This document shows, one piece after another, positions 1 to 8,652 of a stretch of 64,000 nucleotides of DNA. The position numbers and the translations under genes were made by a program. Under the pieces are notes generated by a model, which saw only the letters and a program-made list of their open reading frames with translations, was not told the origin of the DNA and ran no database searches. Location of the stretch: contig JAZKJE010000005.1 of NCBI GenBank assembly GCA_040384525.1, positions 134,541-198,540 on the forward strand, read 5' to 3'. This DNA comes from Pseudomonadota bacterium (GTDB lineage: Bacteria; Pseudomonadota; Alphaproteobacteria; Sphingomonadales; Sphingomonadaceae). The first letter of the stretch is position 1. Each line of letters opens with the position of its first letter.

Positions 1-117
1 GACGCGGAGAAACGCGCGCGGGCGGACTATGTGATCGACACCGGAACCACGCTCGAAGAGACCCGACATCAAGTAAATCGCGTCATCGCTTGCCTCGCTG
101 ACCCGCGAGGAGGATAA
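1..117 (+). CDS. coaE: dephospho-CoA kinase, C-terminal end (5' part outside window)
   Basis: Frame 1 is open from the window edge to TAA at 115-117. The tail DAEKRARADYVIDTGTTLEETRHQVNRVIACL resembles CoaE C-termini. coaE directly upstream of dnaQ is a common alphaproteobacterial arrangement. Confidence 0.6.
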   Translation, partial: DAEKRARADYVIDTGTTLEETRHQVNRVIACLADPRGG

Positions 118-124
118 GACTCGC

Positions 125-817
125 ATGCGTGAGATCGTGTTCGACACTGAAACCACCGGGCTCAGCTTCTCGGGGGGTGACCGGCTGGTCGAGATCGGGT
201 GCGTCGAGCTGGTCAACCGGGTGGCGACCGGACGCACTTTCCATTGTTATGTGAACCCCGGCCGGCCGATGCCGATCGAAGCGTTCAACGTGCACGGGCT
301 TTCCGAGCGCTTCCTGTCGGACAAGCAGGCATTCCACGAGATCGTCGAGGACCTGCTCGAATTCATCGGCGAAAGCCCGATGGTCGCGCATAATGCCGGG
401 TTCGATTTCGGCTTTTTGAACGGTGAGCTGGGCCAATGTGGGCGGCCGCATGTCTCGCTCGATCGGATGGTCGATACGCTGGGCATTGCCCGCGTGAAGC
501 ATCCCGGCGCCAAGCACAGCCTCGACGCGCTTTGCTCGCGTTACGGCATCGATCTCAGCCAGCGCACGCTGCATGGCGCGCTGGTCGATGCGCAATTGCT
601 CGCCCAGGTCTATGTCGAGCTGACCGGCGGACGGCAGATCACTTTGGGCCTTGCGGTCGACGCGCCGGTAATGCGCGAGACGCCCGCGGAAGCTTCGACT
701 CGGGTGCATGTTCGCCCGGCCCGCCTATTTGCTGCGTCGGAGGCGGAACTTGCGCGCCACGCAGCCTTTCTCTCTGGGATGGAGGAGCCGCTCTGGGGCA
801 ATGCCGCGTCGGGTTGA
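125..817 (+). CDS. dnaQ: DNA polymerase III epsilon subunit (3'-5' proofreading exonuclease)
   Basis: ATG at 125, 230 aa. DEDDh exonuclease motifs are present: VFDTETTGL, HNAGFDFGFL and HGALVDAQLLAQVY. Confidence 0.93.
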   Translation: MREIVFDTETTGLSFSGGDRLVEIGCVELVNRVATGRTFHCYVNPGRPMPIEAFNVHGLSERFLSDKQAFHEIVEDLLEFIGESPMVAHNAGFDFGFLNGELGQCGRPHVSLDRMVDTLGIARVKHPGAKHSLDALCSRYGIDLSQRTLHGALVDAQLLAQVYVELTGGRQITLGLAVDAPVMRETPAEASTRVHVRPARLFAASEAELARHAAFLSGMEEPLWGNAASG

Positions 818-871
818 CGTGCATTACATGCAATCCCAGGTCGGGCTGCTCGTTAAGTGCGGAGGTAATTG

Positions 872-1456
872 ATGGATATCCGAGTTTCTGGTCACCAGGT
901 CGATACGGGCGAGGCGCTCAAGACGCAGGTCAACGATCGGCTGCAAGCCATCGCCGGCAAATATTTCTCGCGCGCGCTCTCGTCGCACGTGACCTTCGGC
1001 AAAGGACCGCACGATCACGGCTTCACCACCGATATCGTGATGCACGTGATGCAGGGGCTGGTGCTTAAGGCTTCGAACACCGGCCAAAAGGCCGAGGGCG
1101 CATTCGATGGCGCCGCAGACCGGATCGACAAGCAATTGCGCCGCTACACGCGCCGCCTGAAGGATCGCCAGGCCGGCGCAGCCGCCGCGTTTGCGGACGC
1201 GGGTGCTTATGACAATGCGGGCTACACTCTGTTCCGCGAAGAGCCCGAGGCCGAGGAAGTTGCCGATGCGCCGCTGATCGTCGCCGAAACGCGGGTCGAT
1301 GTGCCCGAGGCTTCGGTCTCGGACGCGGTGATGATGCTCGATCTGCGCAATACCACGGCGCTTTTGTTCAAGAATACGGGTACGGGCGCGCACAATATGG
1401 TCTATCGGCGCGGCGACGGGACGATCGGCTGGGTCGAACCCAACCGCGTGTCCTAA
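872..1456 (+). CDS. hpf: ribosome hibernation promoting factor, long form
   Basis: The ORF track starts at TTG 869. ATG at 872 is preceded by GGAGG at 861-865. The N-terminus MDIRVSGHQVDTGEALKTQVNDRL is typical of the HPF/sigma-54 modulation protein family. The C-terminal extension is as in long HPFs. Confidence 0.88.
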   Translation: MDIRVSGHQVDTGEALKTQVNDRLQAIAGKYFSRALSSHVTFGKGPHDHGFTTDIVMHVMQGLVLKASNTGQKAEGAFDGAADRIDKQLRRYTRRLKDRQAGAAAAFADAGAYDNAGYTLFREEPEAEEVADAPLIVAETRVDVPEASVSDAVMMLDLRNTTALLFKNTGTGAHNMVYRRGDGTIGWVEPNRVS

Positions 1457-1475
1457 CCCTCTTATCGAGCTTTCA

Positions 1476-1943
1476 ATGACTGAATTAAGCGATTTGCTTG
1501 TGCCGGAGGCGGTTGTCGCCGGCATGAGCACCGCCACAAAAAAGGCGCTGTTCCAGCAATTGGGCGCGGCGGCAGCCAAGGCCTATGGCCTTGATGCCGC
1601 CGACGTGAGCGCGCGTTTGTCCGAGCGGGAGAAGCTTGGCTCCACCGGCTTTGGCGGCGGGATTGCGATCCCGCATGGCAAGCTCGAGGGATTGAAGCGC
1701 GTTTGCGGCATTTTCGCGCGGCTCAGCAAGCCGGTCGATTTCGCCGCGGTCGACGATATGCCGGTCGATCTGGTCTTCGTGCTGCTTTCGCCGACCGGTG
1801 CGGGGGCGGAGCATCTGAAGGCGCTGGCCTGCGTCTCGCGGAAGCTGCGCGACCGCAATGTGGCGGCGAAATTGCGCGGAGCTGGATCGAACGACGCGAT
1901 TTTCGCTCTGCTCGCCGGTGTCGAGGCGCGGGACGCTGCCTGA
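1476..1943 (+). CDS. ptsN: PTS IIA-like nitrogen regulatory protein (EIIA-Ntr)
   Basis: 155 aa. EIIA fructose/Ntr family with the phospho-His region GGGIAIPHGKL. It lies directly downstream of hpf, as in most proteobacteria. Confidence 0.88.
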   Translation: MTELSDLLVPEAVVAGMSTATKKALFQQLGAAAAKAYGLDAADVSARLSEREKLGSTGFGGGIAIPHGKLEGLKRVCGIFARLSKPVDFAAVDDMPVDLVFVLLSPTGAGAEHLKALACVSRKLRDRNVAAKLRGAGSNDAIFALLAGVEARDAA

Positions 1944-1944
1944 T

Positions 1945-2415
1945 TTGGCGCCCCACTCTTCGCTAAAGCCCACTGGCGCCGAGGCGCATTTCCGGGCGCT
2001 CGAATTGCTTTACGCTGCCGCGCCGATCAACAAATTATTCGATTCGGTGCTCGAGATTCCCGAGGGTGGCGTCGCGCGGATCCGGTTCGTGCTCGACAGC
2101 CGCTATTTCCACGCAGCAGGCGCCGCGCACGGCACCAGCTATTTCAAGATGCTCGACGATGCGGCCTTTTATGCCGCAAACAGCCTGGTCACCGATCGCT
2201 TCCTTTTGACCACTGCGTTCAACCTGCTTTTCACCAAGCCATTGATCGAAGGGCCGGTGGTGGCCGAAGGGCGCTGGGTCAGCGGGCAGCGCCGCGTCTT
2301 TGTTGCAGAAGCGAGGTTGATCGACGCATCGGGAGAGGAAGCGGCGCGTGGAACCGGCACGTTCATGCGCTCGCGGATCGCGCTGGCGGGACTGCCGGGC
2401 TACCAGGGCCACTGA
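1945..2415 (+). CDS. PaaI/hotdog-fold thioesterase family protein
   Basis: ORF 1858-2415, with hotdog-like core FHAAGAAHGTSYFKMLDDAAFYAANS. The first start in the ORF track lies inside ptsN, so I chose the in-frame TTG at 1945 just after the ptsN stop. The start is uncertain. Confidence 0.6.
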   Translation: MAPHSSLKPTGAEAHFRALELLYAAAPINKLFDSVLEIPEGGVARIRFVLDSRYFHAAGAAHGTSYFKMLDDAAFYAANSLVTDRFLLTTAFNLLFTKPLIEGPVVAEGRWVSGQRRVFVAEARLIDASGEEAARGTGTFMRSRIALAGLPGYQGH

Positions 2416-2753
2416 TGGCGCGGCTCGCCAGCGGCGTCATGGTAAGCGCGTTGATCCGTGCCGCCGAGCAGAATGGCGGATCGGCGATGGTGCTGGCGAA
2501 AGGCGATGCGACCGCCGGCGGTATATTATTGTTAACTATCGAGCGCGGGGTGAATCCGCGATTCTTCGAACGAGGCTTGGGCCCCGGGGGCGAGCCTGCT
2601 TTGATCGCCTCGGGTCCGGCACAACTCACCGACGATCGCGATGCAACCGGTTACTGGCAAAGACGCCGATCGCGCGATTCCGATCTTTGGGTAATCGAAC
2701 TGGATATCCCGTCGGCAGAACGGTTCGCCGCTGAAACGATGGGTTTTGATTGA
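2415..2753 (+). CDS. DUF1491 family protein
   Basis: 112 aa. ATG overlaps the upstream TGA. MARLASGVMVSALIRAAEQNGGSAMVLAKGDATAGGILL resembles the conserved alphaproteobacterial DUF1491 family (from memory, not searched). Confidence 0.65.
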   Translation: MARLASGVMVSALIRAAEQNGGSAMVLAKGDATAGGILLLTIERGVNPRFFERGLGPGGEPALIASGPAQLTDDRDATGYWQRRRSRDSDLWVIELDIPSAERFAAETMGFD

Positions 2754-2906
2754 CATTGTGCATGTGCGAAGAGATGGGGCACGCACTTGAAACGCGTTGT
2801 GCCGGTCGAGGTGAGAGATCGAACGGTTACGCAGTCGGGGGGCAAGTCCGGCGGCCTTAGTTTGAATAGGCCCTGCCGCGCACCCACCGCATAATAACGA
2901 TGTGAA

Positions 2907-3545
2907 ATGAAGTTTCTGCCACGCGCCGCGGTTATCGCGGCTGTGACTTTTTGCGCTGGCGCAATCGCGAATGCAGCCACGCCTGATGCCGTGACCCTGA
3001 CCCAGGACGTTCCTGTTCCTGCAATCAACACCCAGGATCACCATGTGGTTCCCGCGCCCGAGGCGACGGTGGCCGCGATTCCCCGCTCGGCGGAGATCGT
3101 GCAGCCCCTCCCCGAAGCGGATGAAGACGATGATTTCGCTACGCTTTCGGCAGCGGTCGCAGCGCAGGACGCGCCGGCCGAGTTCGATCGCGAGCTTAAT
3201 TGCCTCGCAGTCGGTGTCTATTACGAATCGAAGGGTGAGCCGCTTGCCGGCCAGCTCGCGGTTGCCGAAGTGATTCTGAACCGCACGACTTCGGGCCGCT
3301 TCCCGCGCTCGGTCTGCTCGGTGATCACCCAGCGCGGCCAATTCTCGTTCGTCCGTGGCGGCCAGCTGCCGACCCCGCCAGCCAACGCCCAGTGGCGCAA
3401 GGCGCTCGCGGTGGCGCAGGTCGCGCAGAAGGATCTGTGGGATTCTCCCGTCTCCAACGCGCTGTTTTTCCATGCGCGCTATGTGAGCCCGGGCTGGAAG
3501 CGCGCGCGTGTCGGCACCGTCGGCAACCACATCTTTTACCGTTAA
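2907..3545 (+). CDS. cell wall hydrolase, SleB family, secreted
   Basis: Signal peptide MKFLPRAAVIAAVTFCAGAIANA. The C-terminal domain LNCLAVGVYYESKGEPLAGQLAVAEVILNRT...RGQFSFV matches the SleB/hydrolase_2 pattern. Confidence 0.85.
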   Translation: MKFLPRAAVIAAVTFCAGAIANAATPDAVTLTQDVPVPAINTQDHHVVPAPEATVAAIPRSAEIVQPLPEADEDDDFATLSAAVAAQDAPAEFDRELNCLAVGVYYESKGEPLAGQLAVAEVILNRTTSGRFPRSVCSVITQRGQFSFVRGGQLPTPPANAQWRKALAVAQVAQKDLWDSPVSNALFFHARYVSPGWKRARVGTVGNHIFYR

Positions 3546-3568
3546 AATCGAGCGCGGGTCTTTTCCGC

Positions 3569-3583
3569 GTTCCTAAAATGTTC
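3569..3583 (+). promoter_or_regulatory. candidate LexA (SOS) box, GTTC-N7-GTTC
   Basis: GTTCCTAAAATGTTC is a perfect match to the alphaproteobacterial direct-repeat SOS box. It lies 13 nt upstream of the annotated mmcB ATG. The spacer contains TAAAAT, a possible -10 hexamer. Confidence 0.5.
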
Positions 3584-3584
3584 T

Positions 3585-3615
3585 AACAGCCGGGAATGAC
3601 CTTCCCGGCTGTTTT
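3585..3615 (+). terminator. 12-bp hairpin followed by TTTTG (sleB terminator and/or mmcB leader structure)
   Basis: AACAGCCGGGAA (3585-3596) pairs perfectly with TTCCCGGCTGTT (3602-3613) around the loop TGACC. The T run spans 3612-3615. The ATG at 3596 sits at the stem/loop junction. Confidence 0.4.
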
Positions 3616-4078
3616 GACGTCTGAGCTTCCGCTTGTTGCTGGTGATGTCGCGCGCGGCGTGACGCGGATGCTGTTGCGGCACGATTGCGTGGCGATTGCC
3701 GAAGTGCCGCTCGATGGCGGCCGCCGTGCCGATCTGATGGCGATCGATTCGCGTGGGCTCATCGTGATTGTCGAGATCAAGGTGTCGCGGGCAGACCTGC
3801 TCGGCGATTGCAAATGGAATGACTATCTCGCGCATTGCGACCGTTTCTTCTGGGCAGTGCCCGAAGGATTCGATCTGCGCCCGTTCGAGCAGGATTGCTT
3901 TCTGCCCGCGCGCGCCGGGATCATTGTGGCGGATCGTTATGACGCGGCCGTAGTGCGCGAAGCCGCAACGGTGCCGCTGCCCAGCCCCACGCGCAAGAAA
4001 TGCACGCTGGCATTTGCCCGGCGCGCGGCGCGCCGGGTGATCAACGTGCTGGACCCTGAGGCCGAGCAGCTCTTTTAG
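3596..4078 (+). CDS. mmcB: MmcB family DNA repair protein (PD-(D/E)XK nuclease fold)
   Basis: 160 aa. The core GGRRADLMAIDSRGLIVIVEIKVSRADLLGDCKWNDYLAHCDRFFWAVP shows a D...EXK motif as in MmcB/DUF2161-like proteins. An in-frame TTG at 3614 is an alternative start just past the hairpin. Confidence 0.7.
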   Translation: MTFPAVLTSELPLVAGDVARGVTRMLLRHDCVAIAEVPLDGGRRADLMAIDSRGLIVIVEIKVSRADLLGDCKWNDYLAHCDRFFWAVPEGFDLRPFEQDCFLPARAGIIVADRYDAAVVREAATVPLPSPTRKKCTLAFARRAARRVINVLDPEAEQLF

Positions 4079-4686
4079 AGCTTGGGGCCGGCTGCCGCGG
4101 AACTGCGCGATGCCTTCGGCGCATCGGTCAGCAGTTTGACTATGGAGGGCCAGCGCGTGCCTTCGCGCGCATAATCGCGCGCCGACTTACCCGAAATATT
4201 GTCAGTACGATCGGGATCGGCGCCCGCGTTGAGCAACGCAGTGGCGACTTCGAGATCATGCACCTGCACCGCACGGATCAGCGCGGTTTCGCCACTGGCA
4301 TTGGCAAGATTCACATTGGCTTTGTAGCGCAGCAGGATCTCCACGCCCTGCATCCAGGCACGACCGGCCGCGAGAATCAGCGCGGTGTTGCCGCGCCTGT
4401 CCTGCAGGTTGGGATTGGCGTCATCCTGCTGGAGGATCACGCGCAGATAGAGTGAATCGCTGCGCGCCGCAGCGATATGGAGCGCACCTTCGCCGGTGTT
4501 GCGATCCTTGGAATTGACCAGCCGCTTGGTCTTGTCGCGGAGAAAGCCGTCAACCTTGCTGCCGTCGCTCTTTCGAACGGCGTCGAGGAAGTCATAGCTT
4601 TCCGATTTGTTCAACTGCGCGGCAGCCGGAAGCGCGGCGACCAGAAAAATTGCCGCTGCTGCAGCACCGAAGAAGCGACCAATCAT
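4075..4686 (-). CDS. secreted ankyrin-repeat protein
   Basis: Only the distal 203 codons of ORF 4075-5343 are credible, from ATG at 4686. Signal peptide MIGRFFGAAAAAIFLVAALPAAAQ. Ankyrin repeats are visible: GEGALHIAAARSD, RGNTALILAAGRAWMQGVEILLRYKANVN and GETALIRAVQVHDLEVATALLNAGADPD. Confidence 0.8.
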   Translation of the reverse strand: MIGRFFGAAAAAIFLVAALPAAAQLNKSESYDFLDAVRKSDGSKVDGFLRDKTKRLVNSKDRNTGEGALHIAAARSDSLYLRVILQQDDANPNLQDRRGNTALILAAGRAWMQGVEILLRYKANVNLANASGETALIRAVQVHDLEVATALLNAGADPDRTDNISGKSARDYAREGTRWPSIVKLLTDAPKASRSSAAAGPKL

Positions 4687-4758
4687 GATATGCCTAAAAC
4701 CCCTTGCCGGCATGGAACCTTGCAAGCTGGCTCCTACCAGATCATGGCTGGCCACGCC

Positions 4759-5340
4759 ATGAATAGGATATTTCAAACTGTTGCAGCCGTAGCGCTGCTC
4801 GCACTCTCCGCTTGCGGGGCGATGCCCGCGCAGGAACCACCGCTTTTCGGCGCCCGGATCGGCGGGCCGTTCACGCTGACGGATCAGAATGGGGCGACGA
4901 AGAGCGAGAAGGATTTTGCCGGCAAATGGCGGATCATGTATTTCGGCTACACCTATTGCCCCGATATCTGCCCAACCGACATGCTGAAGCTGGGTCAGGC
5001 GATGAAGCTGCTCGACAAGAGCGATCCGCGCCTCGCCGCCAGGATCGCGCCGATCTTCGTCTCGGTCGATCCGGAGCGCGATACGCCGGCGGTGCTTAAG
5101 CAATATGTCGGGCAATTCCATCCGCGCTTCACCGGGCTGACCGGCAGTCTCGACGCGATCAATGCCGTCGCAAAGGAATATGCCGTGGCATTCCGAAAGG
5201 AACCTGCGGGCGGAAGCTATTTGATCGGGCACACCCAGATTGCGTATCTGATGGATGCGGAGGGCAAGCCGATCACTTCGCTGCCGCTGGAAAAGGACGC
5301 GCAGGCGATCGCGGACGAAGTGAAGCATTGGGTTCGGTGA
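4759..5340 (+). CDS. SCO1/SenC family copper chaperone (thioredoxin fold)
   Basis: MNRIFQTVAAVALLALSACG has a lipoprotein-like signal, and the CPDICP (CxxxC) motif is present. ATG at 4744 is an alternative start. The upstream part of ORF 4477-5340 is antisense to the ankyrin gene. Confidence 0.88.
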   Translation: MNRIFQTVAAVALLALSACGAMPAQEPPLFGARIGGPFTLTDQNGATKSEKDFAGKWRIMYFGYTYCPDICPTDMLKLGQAMKLLDKSDPRLAARIAPIFVSVDPERDTPAVLKQYVGQFHPRFTGLTGSLDAINAVAKEYAVAFRKEPAGGSYLIGHTQIAYLMDAEGKPITSLPLEKDAQAIADEVKHWVR

Positions 5341-5774
5341 CAAGCGGACGCTTCTGGGAGGATGTGCCGCTCGAAAAGCTCGACCGCGCGCAATGGGAAG
5401 CGCTGTGCGACGGCTGCGGGAAGTGCTGCCTCCACAAGCTTGAGGACGAAGACACTGGCGAATTCCACGCGACCAACGTCGCCTGCCGTCTGCTCGATCG
5501 CAACGCGGGACGCTGCTCAGATTACAAGCATCGCCACGCTTATGTTTCGGAATGCGTGCGGCTGACGGTCAACAATGTGCGGGGGATTGAGTGGCTGCCG
5601 CGCACCTGCGCCTATCGATTGCGCGCCAATGGGGAGCAATTGCCCGCTTGGCATTATCTGGTCTCGGGCGATCCGGAAGCAGTGCATGCGGCAGGCGAAT
5701 CGACGCGCGGCTGGACGATCAGCGAGGACAATGCCGGCGATTTCGAGCACCATCTGGTGGACCGCGAACTGTGA
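5337..5774 (+). CDS. ycgN: YcgN family cysteine-cluster protein (UPF0260)
   Basis: WEALCDGCGKCCLHKLEDEDTGE is the YcgN signature. GTG at 5337 overlaps the SCO stop (GTGA). TTG at 5328 is also possible. Confidence 0.8.
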   Translation: MTSGRFWEDVPLEKLDRAQWEALCDGCGKCCLHKLEDEDTGEFHATNVACRLLDRNAGRCSDYKHRHAYVSECVRLTVNNVRGIEWLPRTCAYRLRANGEQLPAWHYLVSGDPEAVHAAGESTRGWTISEDNAGDFEHHLVDREL

Positions 5775-6442
5775 CTGTGGAGGTCGAGGTCGTGCGCAAT
5801 GCACGGTCGCGGCGCATGCGGTTGGCGGTCGATCCTCGATCGGGCGCGGTGCGGCTGACGCTGCCGACGCGTGCGTCGCTGCGCAAGGGCCTTGCCTGGG
5901 CTGCAGAGCAAGCGGCGTGGATTGCCACACAACGCGCAAAATTGCCCGCGTCGCTGCCTTTCGAGCCGGGCGCGCGAATTCCGCTGGAGGATGACGAGAT
6001 CGAGATCGTCTGGCCGACCACGACCGGGCGCATCCCGAAGCTGGATGGCGACCGATTGCTCTGCGGCGGCCCGCGCGAGGGGCTGGAGCGCCGGGTGGAG
6101 CGCTGGCTCAAGGCCGAGGCGCTGCGTATCCTGAGCGAAGAGACCGCGGAATATGCCGCGCGCGCGGGAGTGACGGTTACGAAGGTCGGGATCGGCGATC
6201 CGCGCGGGCGCTGGGGCAGTTGCGCATCTTCGGGTGCGATCCGCTATAGCTGGCGGCTGATCCTTGCGCCCAGCCTGGTACGCCGCGCCACAGTTGCGCA
6301 TGAAGTCGCGCACCGCGTGCATATGAATCACGGGGCGGCATTCCACAGGCTGGTCGAGCAACTCTATGAAGCCGATCCCAGCCCACAACGCGCCTGGCTA
6401 CGCAGCCACGGCGCGAAGCTTCACTGGGTAGGGCGATCCTGA
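5771..6442 (+). CDS. M48/YgjP-like (DUF45) metal-dependent hydrolase
   Basis: GTG at 5771 overlaps the ycgN stop (GTGA). The protein begins VEVEVVRNARSRRMRLAVDPRSGAVRLTLP and has a C-terminal HEVAHRVHMNH zincin motif. The longer ORF from 5591 overlaps ycgN. Confidence 0.8.
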   Translation: MTVEVEVVRNARSRRMRLAVDPRSGAVRLTLPTRASLRKGLAWAAEQAAWIATQRAKLPASLPFEPGARIPLEDDEIEIVWPTTTGRIPKLDGDRLLCGGPREGLERRVERWLKAEALRILSEETAEYAARAGVTVTKVGIGDPRGRWGSCASSGAIRYSWRLILAPSLVRRATVAHEVAHRVHMNHGAAFHRLVEQLYEADPSPQRAWLRSHGAKLHWVGRS

Positions 6443-8574
6443 CCGCCGCCACCATTGTTGCCGCCGCGCGGAGGCTCTTCGCGCGCACCTGACGGAGCGG
6501 GAATGCTCTGCTGGCGGGGCGGTGGTGCGCGGGTGGGCAAAGGCTGGGGGGGCGGTCCTTTGGGCTCATTGCCTGTCATCCGGTCCAGCCAATCCTGATC
6601 GAGCCTGTCATCCTGTGGCGCGCCATCGGTGACGCTGGGCTCGCGTTCGATCGGATTGCCGTCTTCATCGACGAACAGGCCGTTATCGGGCGCCTCGTAA
6701 TAGGCATTGCCTTCGGGCTCGATCTGCCACTCAGGCAGTGTCACCTTGGTCTCGAAATTCTCGACCGGGCGGCGGGCGACCGCCTTGGCCATGAAATTCT
6801 GGAACGCGCGCGCGGGAGCGGTGCCACCCTGCAGCCCGGGGACGACCTTGGCATCGTCGCGACCCATCCACACGCCGGTGGTGAGGCCGGAGGAGAAGCC
6901 GACGAACCAGCCATCCTTGTTCGAAGTGGGAGTGCCGGTCTTGCCCGCAACCGGGCGGCCGATCTGCGCGGCGCGGCCGGTGCCGGTGGCAACGGCGGTT
7001 TGCAGCAGATCCGTCATCTGCGCCGCGACATACGGCGCGACAAGGACGTGGCTGGTATCGACTTCGTGCTGGTAGATCACCGCGCCGTTCGCAGTGACGC
7101 GGGTGATGCCATAAGGCGTCACGGCAACGCCCTTATTCGCGACCGAAGCGAAGGCGCGGGTCATGTCGACCAGCCGAACGTCCGATGTGCCGAGCACCAT
7201 CGCGGGATGGGTATCGACCGGCGTGGTGATGCCAAAGCGGCGCGCCATGTCTGCCACCGCGCCATAGCCCGATTCCTGGCCTAGCTTTGCCGCGACGGTA
7301 TTGATCGAGAAAGCGAAGGCGCTGCGCAGCGTCATTTCGCCGGAATTGCGGCCTGAACTGTTGCGTGGTGTCCAGCCCCGGATCGTCACCGGCTCATCGA
7401 CGACCATATCGTCGGGGCGGTGGCCGGCTTCCAGCGCAGTCAGATAGACGAACAATTTCCATGCCGATCCGGGCTGACGAGTCGCCTGGGTCGCGCGGTT
7501 GTAGATCGAGGAGACATAATCCTTGCCGCCGACCATCGCACGGACGGCGCCATCACGATCCAGGCTGACCAGAGCACCTTGTGCATTGCCCGGCGCATTG
7601 GCGCGGATCGAATCGTCGGCGGCGCGCTGCATGCCCAGATCGAGCGTGGTCCACACTTCCAGCGGGGCATCGGTTTCGTCGATCAGCACTTCAAGCTGCG
7701 GCAGTGCCCAATCGGTGAAATAGCGCACGCTGTTCTGCTTGGGCTCGGGCGCGAGCTTCACGGTGCGCGGATCGGTTGAATCGGCGGTGGCCCGGGTGAT
7801 CTTGCCGGTCTCGGCCATGACATCGAGCACCACGCTGGCGCGACCGATTGCGGCGTCGGCGTCGGCCGTGGGCGAATAATGCGAGGGCGCCTTGACGAGA
7901 CCGGCGATGACTGCGGCTTCGGCCAGGCTGAGCTTGTCGGCGGGATGGCCGAAGAATTTGCGGCTGGCGGCGTCGATCCCATACGCACCGCCGCCGAAAT
8001 AGACTTTGTTGAGATACAGCTCGAGGATCTCGTCCTTGGTGAATTTGCGCTCCATCGCCAGCGCGAGCACGCCTTCGCGCACCTTGCGGCCAACATCATA
8101 TTTGTTCGAAAGGAAGATCGTTCGCGCGACCTGCTGGGTCAGTGTCGATGCGCCCTGAAGGCGGCGCCCCGATCCGCGATTGGCGATGCCGGTGCGCACG
8201 GCGCGCATCAGGCCCCACAAATCGACGCCCCAATGCGATTCGAAGCGGCGATCCTCCACCGCGATGATCGCGTCCTTCATCACTTGCGGGATTTTGTCGT
8301 AGCTTACCCATTCGCCATAGCTCGGCCCCATCGAGACCAGGACGGTGCCGTCGGCGGCATGGACGCGAATCATCTGGCCGTTGGGTGAGGATTTGAGTTC
8401 GTCGAAGCTCGGCAGCGAAGACCGGGTCGAAAAGACGGCGACCAGCAACGCGATAAAGGCGAGCAGGCCGAAGCCCGCGGAGCCGATCGCACTCCAGAAG
8501 CCGATGCGCTTCCATTTTGCGGAATCGCGCCACCAGGGCTTGTTACGGATGATGACGGGAAGGTTCGATGCCAC
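6421..8574 (-). CDS. class A penicillin-binding protein (PBP1A family transglycosylase/transpeptidase)
   Basis: 717 aa with an N-terminal membrane anchor. GT51 motifs IAVEDRRFESHWG and RKVRE are present, as are the transpeptidase motifs SAWK (SxxK) and KTGT. The tail is Pro/Gly-rich and low in complexity. Confidence 0.9.
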   Translation of the reverse strand: MASNLPVIIRNKPWWRDSAKWKRIGFWSAIGSAGFGLLAFIALLVAVFSTRSSLPSFDELKSSPNGQMIRVHAADGTVLVSMGPSYGEWVSYDKIPQVMKDAIIAVEDRRFESHWGVDLWGLMRAVRTGIANRGSGRRLQGASTLTQQVARTIFLSNKYDVGRKVREGVLALAMERKFTKDEILELYLNKVYFGGGAYGIDAASRKFFGHPADKLSLAEAAVIAGLVKAPSHYSPTADADAAIGRASVVLDVMAETGKITRATADSTDPRTVKLAPEPKQNSVRYFTDWALPQLEVLIDETDAPLEVWTTLDLGMQRAADDSIRANAPGNAQGALVSLDRDGAVRAMVGGKDYVSSIYNRATQATRQPGSAWKLFVYLTALEAGHRPDDMVVDEPVTIRGWTPRNSSGRNSGEMTLRSAFAFSINTVAAKLGQESGYGAVADMARRFGITTPVDTHPAMVLGTSDVRLVDMTRAFASVANKGVAVTPYGITRVTANGAVIYQHEVDTSHVLVAPYVAAQMTDLLQTAVATGTGRAAQIGRPVAGKTGTPTSNKDGWFVGFSSGLTTGVWMGRDDAKVVPGLQGGTAPARAFQNFMAKAVARRPVENFETKVTLPEWQIEPEGNAYYEAPDNGLFVDEDGNPIEREPSVTDGAPQDDRLDQDWLDRMTGNEPKGPPPQPLPTRAPPPRQQSIPAPSGAREEPPRGGNNGGGGQDRPTQ

Positions 8575-8652
8575 GGCGGGGGGATTAAGCCCTAATGCGA
8601 CGGCTCACAAGGAGGTGGAGCCGGGAGGTGCATGGTTAGCGCTCTATCCGTT

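Noticed and set aside
2750-2778. TTGACA hexamer overlapping the DUF1491 stop, considered as a promoter for the SleB-family gene.
   Set aside because: The hexamer 17 nt downstream is GATGGG, a poor -10 element. No other support was found.
4687-5343. N-terminal 219 residues of the 422-aa minus-strand ORF 4075-5343.
   Set aside because: This part is antisense to the well-supported SCO1 gene and has no recognisable features. The ankyrin protein has a clean signal peptide starting at the internal ATG at 4686.
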